Assembly (NCBI GenBank): GCA_963847265.1
Contig: CAWJZE010000001.1
Location: 1,545,056-1,569,055, forward strand
Source: an uncultured beta proteobacterium
GTDB lineage: Bacteria > Pseudomonadota > Gammaproteobacteria > Burkholderiales > Burkholderiaceae_C
Reading direction: 5' to 3'
DNA length: 24,000 nucleotides
The notes beneath the pieces are model-generated. The model was not told the origin of the DNA. It was given only the letters and a program-made list of their open reading frames with translations, and ran no database searches. Of the stretch, positions 10,714 through 18,537 are shown one piece after another; within the stretch, counting starts at the first letter, position 1, and each line of letters opens with the position of its first letter. A program made the position numbers and the translations under genes.

Positions 10714-11858
10714 TAGGGTTGATACTTCCAGGCCCCGTTCTCGATCTTGACCATGACGCGGGCGCGCTGGTCGAGCCCCAGGTGGTCGGTCGGCGACATC
10801 GTGAACACGCCGTGCGCGCCCGGCACCTCCTTGACCTGCTCCAGCGCATCGCGCAGCGCGGCACGGAACTCGGGCGTGCCGGGCTGCGCCTTCTTGAGCG
10901 CCACGGGAATCGCCGCCGTCATCAGCAGCCCGGCGTCCCAGGCGTGGCCGCCGAAGGTCGAGACGCTGCCCTTGCCGTAGGCCGCCTCGTAGGCCTTGAC
11001 GTAATCCGTGGCGGATTTCTTGACCGGGTTCGACGCCGGCAGCTGGTCGGCCACCAGCACCGGGCCGGCCGGCAGGAAGGTGCCTTCGACATCCTTGCCG
11101 CCCACGCGCAGGAAGTCGCCGTTGGCCACGCCGTGGGTCTGGTAGATCTTGCCGGCGTAGCCGCGCTCCTTGAGCGCCTTCTGAGGCAGCGCCGCCGGGG
11201 TGCCCGAGCCGGCGATCAGCACCGCGTCGGGCTTGGCCGCGATCAGCTTCAGCGTCTGGCCGGTGACCGAGGTGTCGGTGCGGCTGTAGCGCTCGTTGGC
11301 GACGATCTGCAGGTGCTTCAGCGCCGCGGCCTTGGCGAATTCCTGGTACCAGCCCTCGCCGTAGGCGTCCGAGAAGCCGATGTAGCCGACCGTCTTGACC
11401 CCGGCCTTGGCCATGTGGTCGGCGATGGCGAGCGACATCATGATGTCGTTCTGCGGGGTCTTGAAGACCCACTTCTTCTTGTCGTCCATCGGCTCGACGA
11501 TGCGCGCCGAGGCGGCCATCGAGATCATGGGCGTCTTCGCCTCCGACACCACGTCGACCATGGCGAGCGAGTTGGGCGTGACGGTCGAGCCGAGGATGAT
11601 GTCGGCCTTGCTCTCGCTGATGAGCTTGCGCGTGTCGGCCACTGCGGTGGTGGTGTCGGAGGCGTCGTCGAGCACGATGTAGTTGATCTTCTGCCCGCCG
11701 ATGGTCTTGGGCATCAGCGCGATCGTGTTCTTCTGCGGAATGCCGAGCGAGGCGGCCGGGCCGGTCGTCGAGATGACGACGCCGACGTTGACGTCGGCCT
11801 GCGCCGCGAGCGCGGCGGCGCACAGGGCGGCGAACAGCAGGGAAGCGCGGAATTTCAT
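10713..11858 (-). CDS. Periplasmic substrate-binding protein, Liv/type-I PBP family (candidate aromatic-acid binder)
   Basis: Start MKFRASLLFAALCAAALAAQA|DVNVGVVISTTGPAASLGIPQ, a Sec signal with AQA cleavage, preceded by ggagagacaacaATG. It has the type-I PBP fold signature throughout. The listed ORF running to 12437 is an upstream extension across the paaE 3' end. Confidence 0.9.
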   Translation of the reverse strand: MKFRASLLFAALCAAALAAQADVNVGVVISTTGPAASLGIPQKNTIALMPKTIGGQKINYIVLDDASDTTTAVADTRKLISESKADIILGSTVTPNSLAMVDVVSEAKTPMISMAASARIVEPMDDKKKWVFKTPQNDIMMSLAIADHMAKAGVKTVGYIGFSDAYGEGWYQEFAKAAALKHLQIVANERYSRTDTSVTGQTLKLIAAKPDAVLIAGSGTPAALPQKALKERGYAGKIYQTHGVANGDFLRVGGKDVEGTFLPAGPVLVADQLPASNPVKKSATDYVKAYEAAYGKGSVSTFGGHAWDAGLLMTAAIPVALKKAQPGTPEFRAALRDALEQVKEVPGAHGVFTMSPTDHLGLDQRARVMVKIENGAWKYQP

Positions 11859-11995
11859 TGTTGTCTCTCCAGGTCGATGATGAAAAAAAGGTGCAAAAAG
11901 CCGAAGAAAGGCGGGCGTCCATTGGAGCCGCATCGCGCGGGCGGCGCCATTGTGATAGACCCCAACAGGATGAAAAAGCGCTCGCGCGTCGTGGC

Positions 11996-13084
11996 TCAGC
12001 GTTCGTCGAACGACAGCACCACGCGCTCGGTCAGCGGGTGCGCTTGGCAGGTCAGCACGAAGCCGCTGGCGACCTCTTTCCTGTCGAGCGCGAAGTTGCG
12101 CTCCATGCGCACCTGGCCCTCGATCACCTTGGCGCGGCAGGTGCCGCACACGCCCGAGGTGCACGAATACGGCACCTCCAGCCCGGCGGCCGAGGCCGCG
12201 TCCAGGATGCTCGGCTGGCCCTTGGCGAACGGAATCTCGCGCTGCAGCCCGTCGCGCACGATGACGATGCGGGCCTGCTCGGCGTCTTCCGGCCGGGCCT
12301 CGTGCACCACGGCGTCGACCCGCTGGCCGGCGGCCTGCAGCGCGACGCCGAAGCGCTCGATGTGAATGCGCTCCTCGGGCACGCCGGCGGCCAGCAGCGC
12401 GGCTTCGGCCTCGTCGTTCATCTGGAACGGGCCGCACACGTACACCTCGTCGATCTGCCCGGCCGGCACCGGGCCGGCCAGGAACTCGCCGATCTTCTCG
12501 CGGTTCATCACGCCGTGGTTGAGCGGCGCGTCGGTGTGCTCGTCGGAGAACACGTACTGCAGCACCAGGCGCGTCATGTAGCGGTTCTTCAGGTCCTCGA
12601 TCTCTTCCTTGAACATGGTCGAGCGCAGCGCGCGGTTGCCATAGATCAAGGTGAAGCGGCTGTGCGGCTCGCGCGCGAGCACCGTCTTCATGATCGAGAG
12701 GATCGGCGTGATGCCGCTGCCGCCGGCGATGCCGACGTGGTGGCGCCGCGCGGCCGCGTCGAGCGGCACGAAGAAGCGGCCCTGCGGCGCCATCACCTGG
12801 ACCGTGTCGCCGGGCCTGAGGTGCGCGTTGATCCAGTTGGAGAACACGCCGCCGTTGACCTTGCGCACCCCCACGCGCAGCTCGCCGTCGTCCACGCCGG
12901 CGCAGATCGAGTAGGAGCGGCGCAGGTCCTGCCCGTCGATGTCGGTGCGCAGCGTGAGGTACTGGCCCTGCGTGAAGCCGAACACGTCGCGCAACTCGGG
13001 CGGCACGTCGAACGAGACGACGACGGCCTCGGGCGTGTCGGGCTCGATCGCGCGCACGCGCAGCGGGTGGAAGATGACGCTCAT
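11996..13084 (-). CDS. paaE: Phenylacetyl-CoA 1,2-epoxidase reductase subunit (FNR-like domain + plant-type 2Fe-2S)
   Basis: MSVIFHPLRVRAIEPDTPEAVVVSF…RRSYSIC…GIAGGSGITPILSI…C-terminal YSCTSGVCGTCRAKVIEGQV. Collinear with E. coli PaaE as recalled. Confidence 0.9.
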   Translation of the reverse strand: MSVIFHPLRVRAIEPDTPEAVVVSFDVPPELRDVFGFTQGQYLTLRTDIDGQDLRRSYSICAGVDDGELRVGVRKVNGGVFSNWINAHLRPGDTVQVMAPQGRFFVPLDAAARRHHVGIAGGSGITPILSIMKTVLAREPHSRFTLIYGNRALRSTMFKEEIEDLKNRYMTRLVLQYVFSDEHTDAPLNHGVMNREKIGEFLAGPVPAGQIDEVYVCGPFQMNDEAEAALLAAGVPEERIHIERFGVALQAAGQRVDAVVHEARPEDAEQARIVIVRDGLQREIPFAKGQPSILDAASAAGLEVPYSCTSGVCGTCRAKVIEGQVRMERNFALDRKEVASGFVLTCQAHPLTERVVLSFDER

Positions 13085-13155
13085 GGGCAGCTCCGGTGGA
13101 AGAGGTCGGTCGATGGAGCGGGTGGGCGCATCGGCAAAGAAAGAAAAAGGCGCCG

Positions 13156-13677
13156 TCAGATCGGCTTGAAGTGCTCGAAGGGCTCGCGGCAGGCCCGGCA
13201 GCGATAGAGCGCCTTGCAGGCGGTCGAGCCGAAGGCCGACAGCCGCTCGGTGTCCGGGCTGCCGCAGCGCGGGCAGGCCGGCTGGCCGGCGTCGGCGCGG
13301 CGTCCGACGATGCGGATCGGAACGCCCCGGGCGGGGTCCACCGCGCCGGGCGGCGCGATGCCGTATTCGGCGAGCTTGCGGCGCCCCTCGGCGCTGATCC
13401 AGTCGGTGGTCCAGGCCGGCGCGCGGCGCAGCGTGACGCGCGCCGGGCCCAGCCCCGCGGCGACGAGGGCGGCCAACACGTCGTGCTCGATCACCTCGGT
13501 GGCGGGGCAGCCGGAGTAAGTCGGCGTCAGCACGACCTCCAGCCCCCCGTCGTCGTGCTCGACCACGTCGCGCACGATGCCTAGGTCGCGCACCGATACC
13601 GCCGGCACCTCGGGGTCGAGTACCGTGCCCAGCACCTCCCAGGCAGCGTCGGCCCGCGCGCCACCCTCGATCACCAT
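13156..13677 (-). CDS. paaD: Phenylacetyl-CoA epoxidase subunit PaaD
   Basis: DPEVPAVSVRDLGIVRDV…TPTYSGCPATEVIE…APAWTTDWISAEGRRKLAEYGIAPP…CPRCGS…FGSTACKALYRCRACREPFEHFKPI, closely matching E. coli PaaD. The ATG at 13677 overlaps the paaC stop (ATGGTGA). Confidence 0.85.
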   Translation of the reverse strand: MVIEGGARADAAWEVLGTVLDPEVPAVSVRDLGIVRDVVEHDDGGLEVVLTPTYSGCPATEVIEHDVLAALVAAGLGPARVTLRRAPAWTTDWISAEGRRKLAEYGIAPPGAVDPARGVPIRIVGRRADAGQPACPRCGSPDTERLSAFGSTACKALYRCRACREPFEHFKPI

Positions 13678-14450
13678 ACCCCTCCCGGGAAGGTCCGCTG
13701 CAGGTATTGCATGTCGGTCAGGATGTAGCCCATGTGCTCGCTGTGGCGCCCGCGCTTGCCGTCGCTGCGAAAGGCCGCGTCGGCCGGCGGCGCGAGCCCG
13801 GCGTCGGCCAGGATGGCCTGCATCTCCGAGCGCCACGCCGGTTCGAGCGCTGACCACAGCGGCCCCAGGCCCGCGGCGTGCGCTGCCTCGTCCACCGCGT
13901 CGGTGTCGAACAGCTCCGGCACGTAGAGCCACAGCTGGCGCAGCGCGGCCTCCATGCGCTGGCGCGATTCGGCCGTGCCGTCGCCCAGCCGCGCCACCCA
14001 GTCGGCCGCGTGCTGCTGGTGGTAGCGCGCCTCCTTGACGGCCTTGCCGGCGATGCCCGCGAGCTCGGCGTCGCCGGAGGACGACGCCAGCCGCTCCCAC
14101 AGCAGCTTGAGCAGCGTGGCGACCATCGCGTTGCGCAGCACCGTGACCGCGAAGTCGCCGCGCGGCAACTCGACCAGCGTGAAGTTGAAGTAGTCGCGCT
14201 CGTTGCGCAAAAAGGCGAGCTGGTCCTCGTCGTGCTGCTCGCGGCCTTCGAGCTGGCCGGCGCGCGTGAGCACGGCGCGCGCCTGACCGATCAGGTCCAG
14301 CGCCATGTTGGCCAGGGCGATGTCCTCCTCCAGGATGGGCGCGTGGCCGCACCACTCGCCCAGGCGCTGCGCCAGGATCAGGCAGGTGTCGCCGATGCGC
14401 AGCAGGTACTGCACCTCGGGCGTGCGGTCGAGTTCGATGGAGCCTTGCAT
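13671..14450 (-). CDS. paaC: Phenylacetyl-CoA epoxidase structural subunit PaaC
   Basis: MQGSIELDRTPEVQYLLRIGDTCLILAQRLGEWCGHAPILEEDIALANMALDLIGQARA… and the C-terminal HSEHMGYILTDMQYLQRTFPGGVW match E. coli PaaC. Start chosen at 14450, 19 nt after the paaB stop. Confidence 0.85.
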   Translation of the reverse strand: MQGSIELDRTPEVQYLLRIGDTCLILAQRLGEWCGHAPILEEDIALANMALDLIGQARAVLTRAGQLEGREQHDEDQLAFLRNERDYFNFTLVELPRGDFAVTVLRNAMVATLLKLLWERLASSSGDAELAGIAGKAVKEARYHQQHAADWVARLGDGTAESRQRMEAALRQLWLYVPELFDTDAVDEAAHAAGLGPLWSALEPAWRSEMQAILADAGLAPPADAAFRSDGKRGRHSEHMGYILTDMQYLQRTFPGGVW

Positions 14451-14469
14451 CGTGGGCCTTTTCTTGCAG

Positions 14470-14907
14470 TCACATGTGGTCAACGGCCGGGGGCAGCGCG
14501 TAGAAGGTGGGGTGGCGGTACACCTTGTCCTCGGCCGGGTCGAAGTACATGGCCTTGTCGCCCGGGTCGCTCGCCACGATCTGGTCGGAGCGCACCACCC
14601 AGATGCTGCTGCCCTCCTGGCGGCGGGTGTAGACGTCGCGTGCCATCTGCACGGCCATCTTCGGGTCGGCGGCGTGCAGGCTGCCGCAGTGCTTGTGGTC
14701 GAGGCCGGCCTTGCTGCGCACGAACACCTCCCACAGCGGCCACTCGGCCTTGTCGGGAATGCCGTGGCCGGCCTGGGCCGCAGACGTGGCGGGCGCCGTG
14801 GGCGTGGCGGGATCGGGAGCGGACGCGGTGGTGGCGAGGGTAGCGGCCGGCTTGTCCAGCTCCACGGGGGTTTTGGAAGCGCCCGGCGGCAGGGGAGGGG
14901 CGCTCAT
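14470..14907 (-). CDS. paaB: Phenylacetyl-CoA epoxidase subunit PaaB with a ~50-aa Pro/Ala/Thr-rich N-terminal extension
   Basis: The conserved core [58 protein letters not shown]…[14 protein letters not shown] matches E. coli PaaB (95 aa). The only ATG upstream of the core is at 14907, overlapping the paaA stop as ATGA (14904..14907). Confidence 0.8.
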   Translation of the reverse strand: MSAPPLPPGASKTPVELDKPAATLATTASAPDPATPTAPATSAAQAGHGIPDKAEWPLWEVFVRSKAGLDHKHCGSLHAADPKMAVQMARDVYTRRQEGSSIWVVRSDQIVASDPGDKAMYFDPAEDKVYRHPTFYALPPAVDHM

Positions 14908-15926
14908 GCTGCACGCTCCATTGGCACCGTGTTGTTGTCGCGCTTGGCCGCGTACGCCAGCGCCGCCTCGCGCACCCAGGCGCCGTCCTCCCAGGCCTTG
15001 ACGCGCGCGGCCAGGCGCTCGCGGTTGCACGGGCCGTCGCCGCCCACCACGCGCCAGAACTCGCTCCAGTCGATGGCGCCGAAGTCCCAGCAGCCGCGCG
15101 CCTCGTTCCATTTCAGGTCGGGGTCGGGCAGGGTGACGCCGAGAATCTTCGCCTGCTCGACCGTGGCGTCGATGAACTTCTGGCGCAGCTCGTCGTTGGA
15201 GACGCGCTTGATGCCCCAGCGCATCGACTGCGCCGAGTTGGGCGACTGGTCGTCGGGCGGGCCGAACATCATGATCGAGGGCCACCACCAGCGGTCGACG
15301 GCGTCCTGCACCATGGCCTTCTGCGCGTCGGTGCCGTGCGTCATCATGGTCAGCAGCGCCTCGTAGCCCTGGCGCTGGTGGAAGCTCTCCTCGCGGCAGA
15401 TGCGGATCATGGCGCGGGCGTAGGGCGCGTACGAGCAGCGGCAGATCGGCACCTGGTTCATGATCGCCGCGCCATCGACCAGCCAGCCGATCACGCCCAT
15501 GTCGGCCCAGGAGAGCGTCGGGTAGTTGAAGATCGAGCTGTACTTGGCCTTGCCGCTGTGCAGGGCGTCGAGCAGCTGGTCGCGCGAGGTGCCGAGCGTC
15601 TCGGCCGCCGCGTAGAGGTACAGGCCGTGGCCGCCCTCGTCCTGCACCTTGGCCAGCAGGATGGCCTTGCGCTTCAAGGTGGGCGCGCGCGTGATCCAGT
15701 TGCCCTCGGGCAGCATGCCGACGATCTCGGAATGCGCGTGCTGGCTGATCTGGCGCACCAGCGTCCTGCGGTAGTGCTCGGGCATCCAGTCCTTGGCCTC
15801 GATGAAGTCGCCCGCGTCGATGCGGGCGTCGAAGCGTTCCTCGAGGACCATTTCCTCGGCCGAGCGCACCGCCTTGCGGGCGTCGCCGGGCTCCTTGCCC
15901 ATCGTGTCCATGGCTTGCGTGTACAT
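14904..15926 (-). CDS. paaA: Phenylacetyl-CoA 1,2-epoxidase catalytic (di-iron) subunit
   Basis: [54 protein letters not shown]…[32 protein letters not shown]…[11 protein letters not shown] is near-identical in blocks to E. coli PaaA. The start at 15926 is preceded by caggagaaagcaccATG. Confidence 0.9.
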   Translation of the reverse strand: MYTQAMDTMGKEPGDARKAVRSAEEMVLEERFDARIDAGDFIEAKDWMPEHYRRTLVRQISQHAHSEIVGMLPEGNWITRAPTLKRKAILLAKVQDEGGHGLYLYAAAETLGTSRDQLLDALHSGKAKYSSIFNYPTLSWADMGVIGWLVDGAAIMNQVPICRCSYAPYARAMIRICREESFHQRQGYEALLTMMTHGTDAQKAMVQDAVDRWWWPSIMMFGPPDDQSPNSAQSMRWGIKRVSNDELRQKFIDATVEQAKILGVTLPDPDLKWNEARGCWDFGAIDWSEFWRVVGGDGPCNRERLAARVKAWEDGAWVREAALAYAAKRDNNTVPMERAA

Positions 15927-15945
15927 GGTGCTTTCTCCTGAGTCG

Positions 15946-15991
15946 GGGCGCCGCGGCGCCCGGGGGTTGGACCGGCCCTGCCGCCGGCAGG
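15946..15991. other. Two GC-rich palindromes in the 67-bp pac-paaA spacer
   Basis: GGGCGCCGCGGCGCCC (15946..15961) is a perfect 16-bp palindrome. CCTGCCGCCGGCAGG (15977..15991) has 7-bp arms around one central base. Neither is followed by a U-tract. They may be RNA hairpins or a protein-binding site; function unknown. Confidence 0.3.
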
Positions 15992-15993
15992 TT

Positions 15994-18492
15994 TCAGTAC
16001 CTGAGCTGGCGGGTCGATTCGACGTGCGGGGCAAGCTGCGCCGGCGTCAGCCACTCGTCCTTGCAGCCGAAATCCCTGAACAGCGCCATCTGGTCGCCGT
16101 AATGCGGCGCCTTGCGGCCGTCGGGCGCCACGAAGCCGCTCTGGCCGGGCGGCGCCGCCGTGCACATCGAGACGCCGCCGCCGGCGCCGAAGACGATCTT
16201 GTCGTTCTGCGTGCCGCGGTTCATGAAGCTCGGCAGCTTCAGCAGTTCGTCGGCACCGGCCTGCGGCGCGCCCATGAAGTTGCTGGTCAGAAAGGCATGG
16301 GGCGTGACGGGCGTGAGCCAGGTGCGTGTGTCGCTGCCGAACCGGGCCGTCAGCTGGGCCATGGCCTGCGCCAGCGTGGCGCGCAGCACCGCGCCCGGGT
16401 CCTCGCCGTTGAAGAAGTCGTGGGTCTGCGGCACGCCGGCCTTCGGGCCGAGCAAGGCGTTGTAGACCAGCTTGGTCCCGTTGCCGGGCCGGATGCTGGC
16501 GACCTGCGGGCTGCCCGCGTAGCCGGCCCCCGCGTACGCCGCGAACACCTCGGGCGGCAGGTCGTCGGCCAGTACCCGCTGGTAGAGGATGGGCAGCCAG
16601 GTCATCATGAGCGTCGTGGCCGGGCTCTGGTAGGTGCCGCGCGCCTGCGGGTCGTCGTTGAGCCCGTTCCAGTCCGCGAACAGCTGCGCGGCGCGGCGCG
16701 CCGGGTCGCTGGCGGGCAGGCCGCGGGTGGCGTCGAAAACGAACGGAACGAGGTAGCGCGCGTTGGTGTCGGCGTAGGCGCTGGTGCGCACCAGCCCCCA
16801 GAGCTCCTCGGGCGCCAGCCGGGGCTTGCCCTGGAGCCGGGCGATGAGCTCGTTGACCCGGTCGGCCGCGCCGTAGTTGCCGCCGTCGCTCACCGCGCCG
16901 GGGGCCGACTGGTTGTTCCAGTTGACGACGTAGCCCTGCGCCGGGTTGAGCACCCGCGGGTCCTCGCCGAACGGCCGGATGCCCTGCCATTCCATGGTCC
17001 CGTCGCCCAGCGCCGGCAGCCGGATGTCCTGCGCCGGCGGGCGGATCGGCAGGCGGCCGGGCGAGACGTAGCCGATGTTGCCCTTGGCGTCGGCGTAGTA
17101 CCAGTTGATGGTGGTGGCCACGCGCGAGGCCTGCTTCAGCCATTCGTCCCAGGTGCCGGCCTGCATGGAGTGGATCCAGCCCAGCATGGATTCGAGCTCG
17201 TGGCCGTCCCAGCTGCGCTTCATCGAGTAGGCGGTGCCGTTGGGCAGGTCGAAGTCGGTCACGGTGCCGTGCACGGTCGCGTAGAGGTCCAGGCGCTGGT
17301 CGGGCTGGCCCTTGACGCGGATCGTCTCGGTGCGCCGGGTCATCGGGCGCATCGCGCCGTTGAACAGGTAGCGGTGCGGGTCCGCCGGGTCGAGCTTCTC
17401 CTGGTACATGTCGTTGACGTCCAGCGGCCCCGCCGTGGAGCCCCAGGCGATCCTGCCGTTGGTGCCGAACAGCACCACGGGGTAGGCGAACGGCGTGTTG
17501 CCGGTCACGTCGTAGCCCGCGCCGTGCAGGCCGATGCCGAACACGTACGAGGGGTTGAACCAGTTGAACTGCGGGCCGTTGACGAGGACGGTGCTGCCGT
17601 CGGTGGTTTTCTGCGGCCCGGCGATCCAGAGGTTGCTGGCGACCGGCCGCTCCCAGGGCTGGGCCGCGCCGCGCCGCGCCGCATCGGCTTCGCTGCGGGC
17701 GACCAGCAGCTCGGGCGAGACCGGTGCCAGGTGCGCCAGCGGGTCGCCGGGGGTCGCGGCGGGTTGCGCGTCGGCCAGCGGCCGGCCGGAGGCGCCGGTG
17801 CGCGGCACGGTGGTCGGCGCCAGCGGGTCCTCGATCCAGCGGATCTGGTCGAACAGCTGCCGGCCCGCCACGTCGCCCCTGGCTTGCTGGAGCTGCTTGA
17901 GCAGCCGCAGGTTGGCGACCTCGCTGCTGGTGTTGGAGTAGCGGTTGGCCATGGTGCCGATCCAGATCATCGCCACGTCGTAGCCGGTCCAGTCGGCCCG
18001 GGGCTCGAAGCCCGCGTCGATGAACTCCCTGGGCAGCAGCGTGCCCTTGTCGGCCAGCACTTCGTTCACGCGCGCGTTGAAGCCCGCCGCGTAGCCGTCG
18101 AAGATGGCCCGGTCGTCAGGCCCGAGCCGCGCCATCTGGGCCTGGATCGAGGCCGGCACGAAGGCCGAGCGGCTCGTCCTGTCGAGCGCCAGGTAGGCCG
18201 GGCCCATCACCTCGGAGACGGTGCCGAGCACCGAACGCCGCGCCATCTCCATCTGGAACAGCCGGTCCTCGGCGACCACGTAGCCGTAGCCGTGGAACAG
18301 CCCGCGCACATCGTTCGCGTACACGTGCGGCACGCCGTAGCTGTCGCGCCGGATGGTGAGGCTCGACCCGGCAGCGCCAGTCCCGGCGGTCGTCGCCGGC
18401 GGCGTCGAAGGCATCGGCGAGGTCGCGCAACCCGCCAGGACGACGAGAGCGGCGCAGAGGGCGCCCAGGTTTTTCTTCGACAGCGGTTTCAT
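15994..18492 (-). CDS. pac: Penicillin G acylase family Ntn-hydrolase (phenylacetyl-amide amidohydrolase), predicted lipoprotein
   Basis: 832 aa. The beta-chain start [71 protein letters not shown] closely matches E. coli PGA (SNMWVIG…[34 protein letters not shown]). The nucleophile Ser is codon 286 (17635..17637). The N-terminus [22 protein letters not shown] has a lipobox (Cys22, 18427..18429). Confidence 0.9.
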   Translation of the reverse strand: MKPLSKKNLGALCAALVVLAGCATSPMPSTPPATTAGTGAAGSSLTIRRDSYGVPHVYANDVRGLFHGYGYVVAEDRLFQMEMARRSVLGTVSEVMGPAYLALDRTSRSAFVPASIQAQMARLGPDDRAIFDGYAAGFNARVNEVLADKGTLLPREFIDAGFEPRADWTGYDVAMIWIGTMANRYSNTSSEVANLRLLKQLQQARGDVAGRQLFDQIRWIEDPLAPTTVPRTGASGRPLADAQPAATPGDPLAHLAPVSPELLVARSEADAARRGAAQPWERPVASNLWIAGPQKTTDGSTVLVNGPQFNWFNPSYVFGIGLHGAGYDVTGNTPFAYPVVLFGTNGRIAWGSTAGPLDVNDMYQEKLDPADPHRYLFNGAMRPMTRRTETIRVKGQPDQRLDLYATVHGTVTDFDLPNGTAYSMKRSWDGHELESMLGWIHSMQAGTWDEWLKQASRVATTINWYYADAKGNIGYVSPGRLPIRPPAQDIRLPALGDGTMEWQGIRPFGEDPRVLNPAQGYVVNWNNQSAPGAVSDGGNYGAADRVNELIARLQGKPRLAPEELWGLVRTSAYADTNARYLVPFVFDATRGLPASDPARRAAQLFADWNGLNDDPQARGTYQSPATTLMMTWLPILYQRVLADDLPPEVFAAYAGAGYAGSPQVASIRPGNGTKLVYNALLGPKAGVPQTHDFFNGEDPGAVLRATLAQAMAQLTARFGSDTRTWLTPVTPHAFLTSNFMGAPQAGADELLKLPSFMNRGTQNDKIVFGAGGGVSMCTAAPPGQSGFVAPDGRKAPHYGDQMALFRDFGCKDEWLTPAQLAPHVESTRQLRY

Positions 18493-18537
18493 CGGGGACT
18501 GCGGGGTGGGGTGACGGTGGACGTCGGAAGCCGGCGC

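Noticed and set aside
6560-10720. A conserved peptide (…PPP-RGQHQRPGKAGSAVF…) seen in three different listed ORFs, which might suggest a small conserved protein
   Set aside because: The shared peptide is simply the translation of the three-copy nucleotide repeat within spurious N-terminal extensions or shadow ORFs. There is no start/RBS context, and conservation follows RNA pairing rather than codon positions.
11859-11995. 137-bp AT-richer gap between paaE and the SBP gene as an internal terminator plus promoter
   Set aside because: There are only 3-bp stems before the T-runs (gcgcgagcgcttttt; gcctttcttcggcttttt), and no convincing -35/-10 pair. I could not support a call, though an internal promoter remains possible.
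14922-14927. TGGCAC hexamers at 14922..14927 and 21407..21412 as additional sigma-54 promoters
   Set aside because: Neither has a TTGC-like -12 element at the required spacing (TGTTG and CACAG respectively). The first lies inside paaA on the antisense strand.
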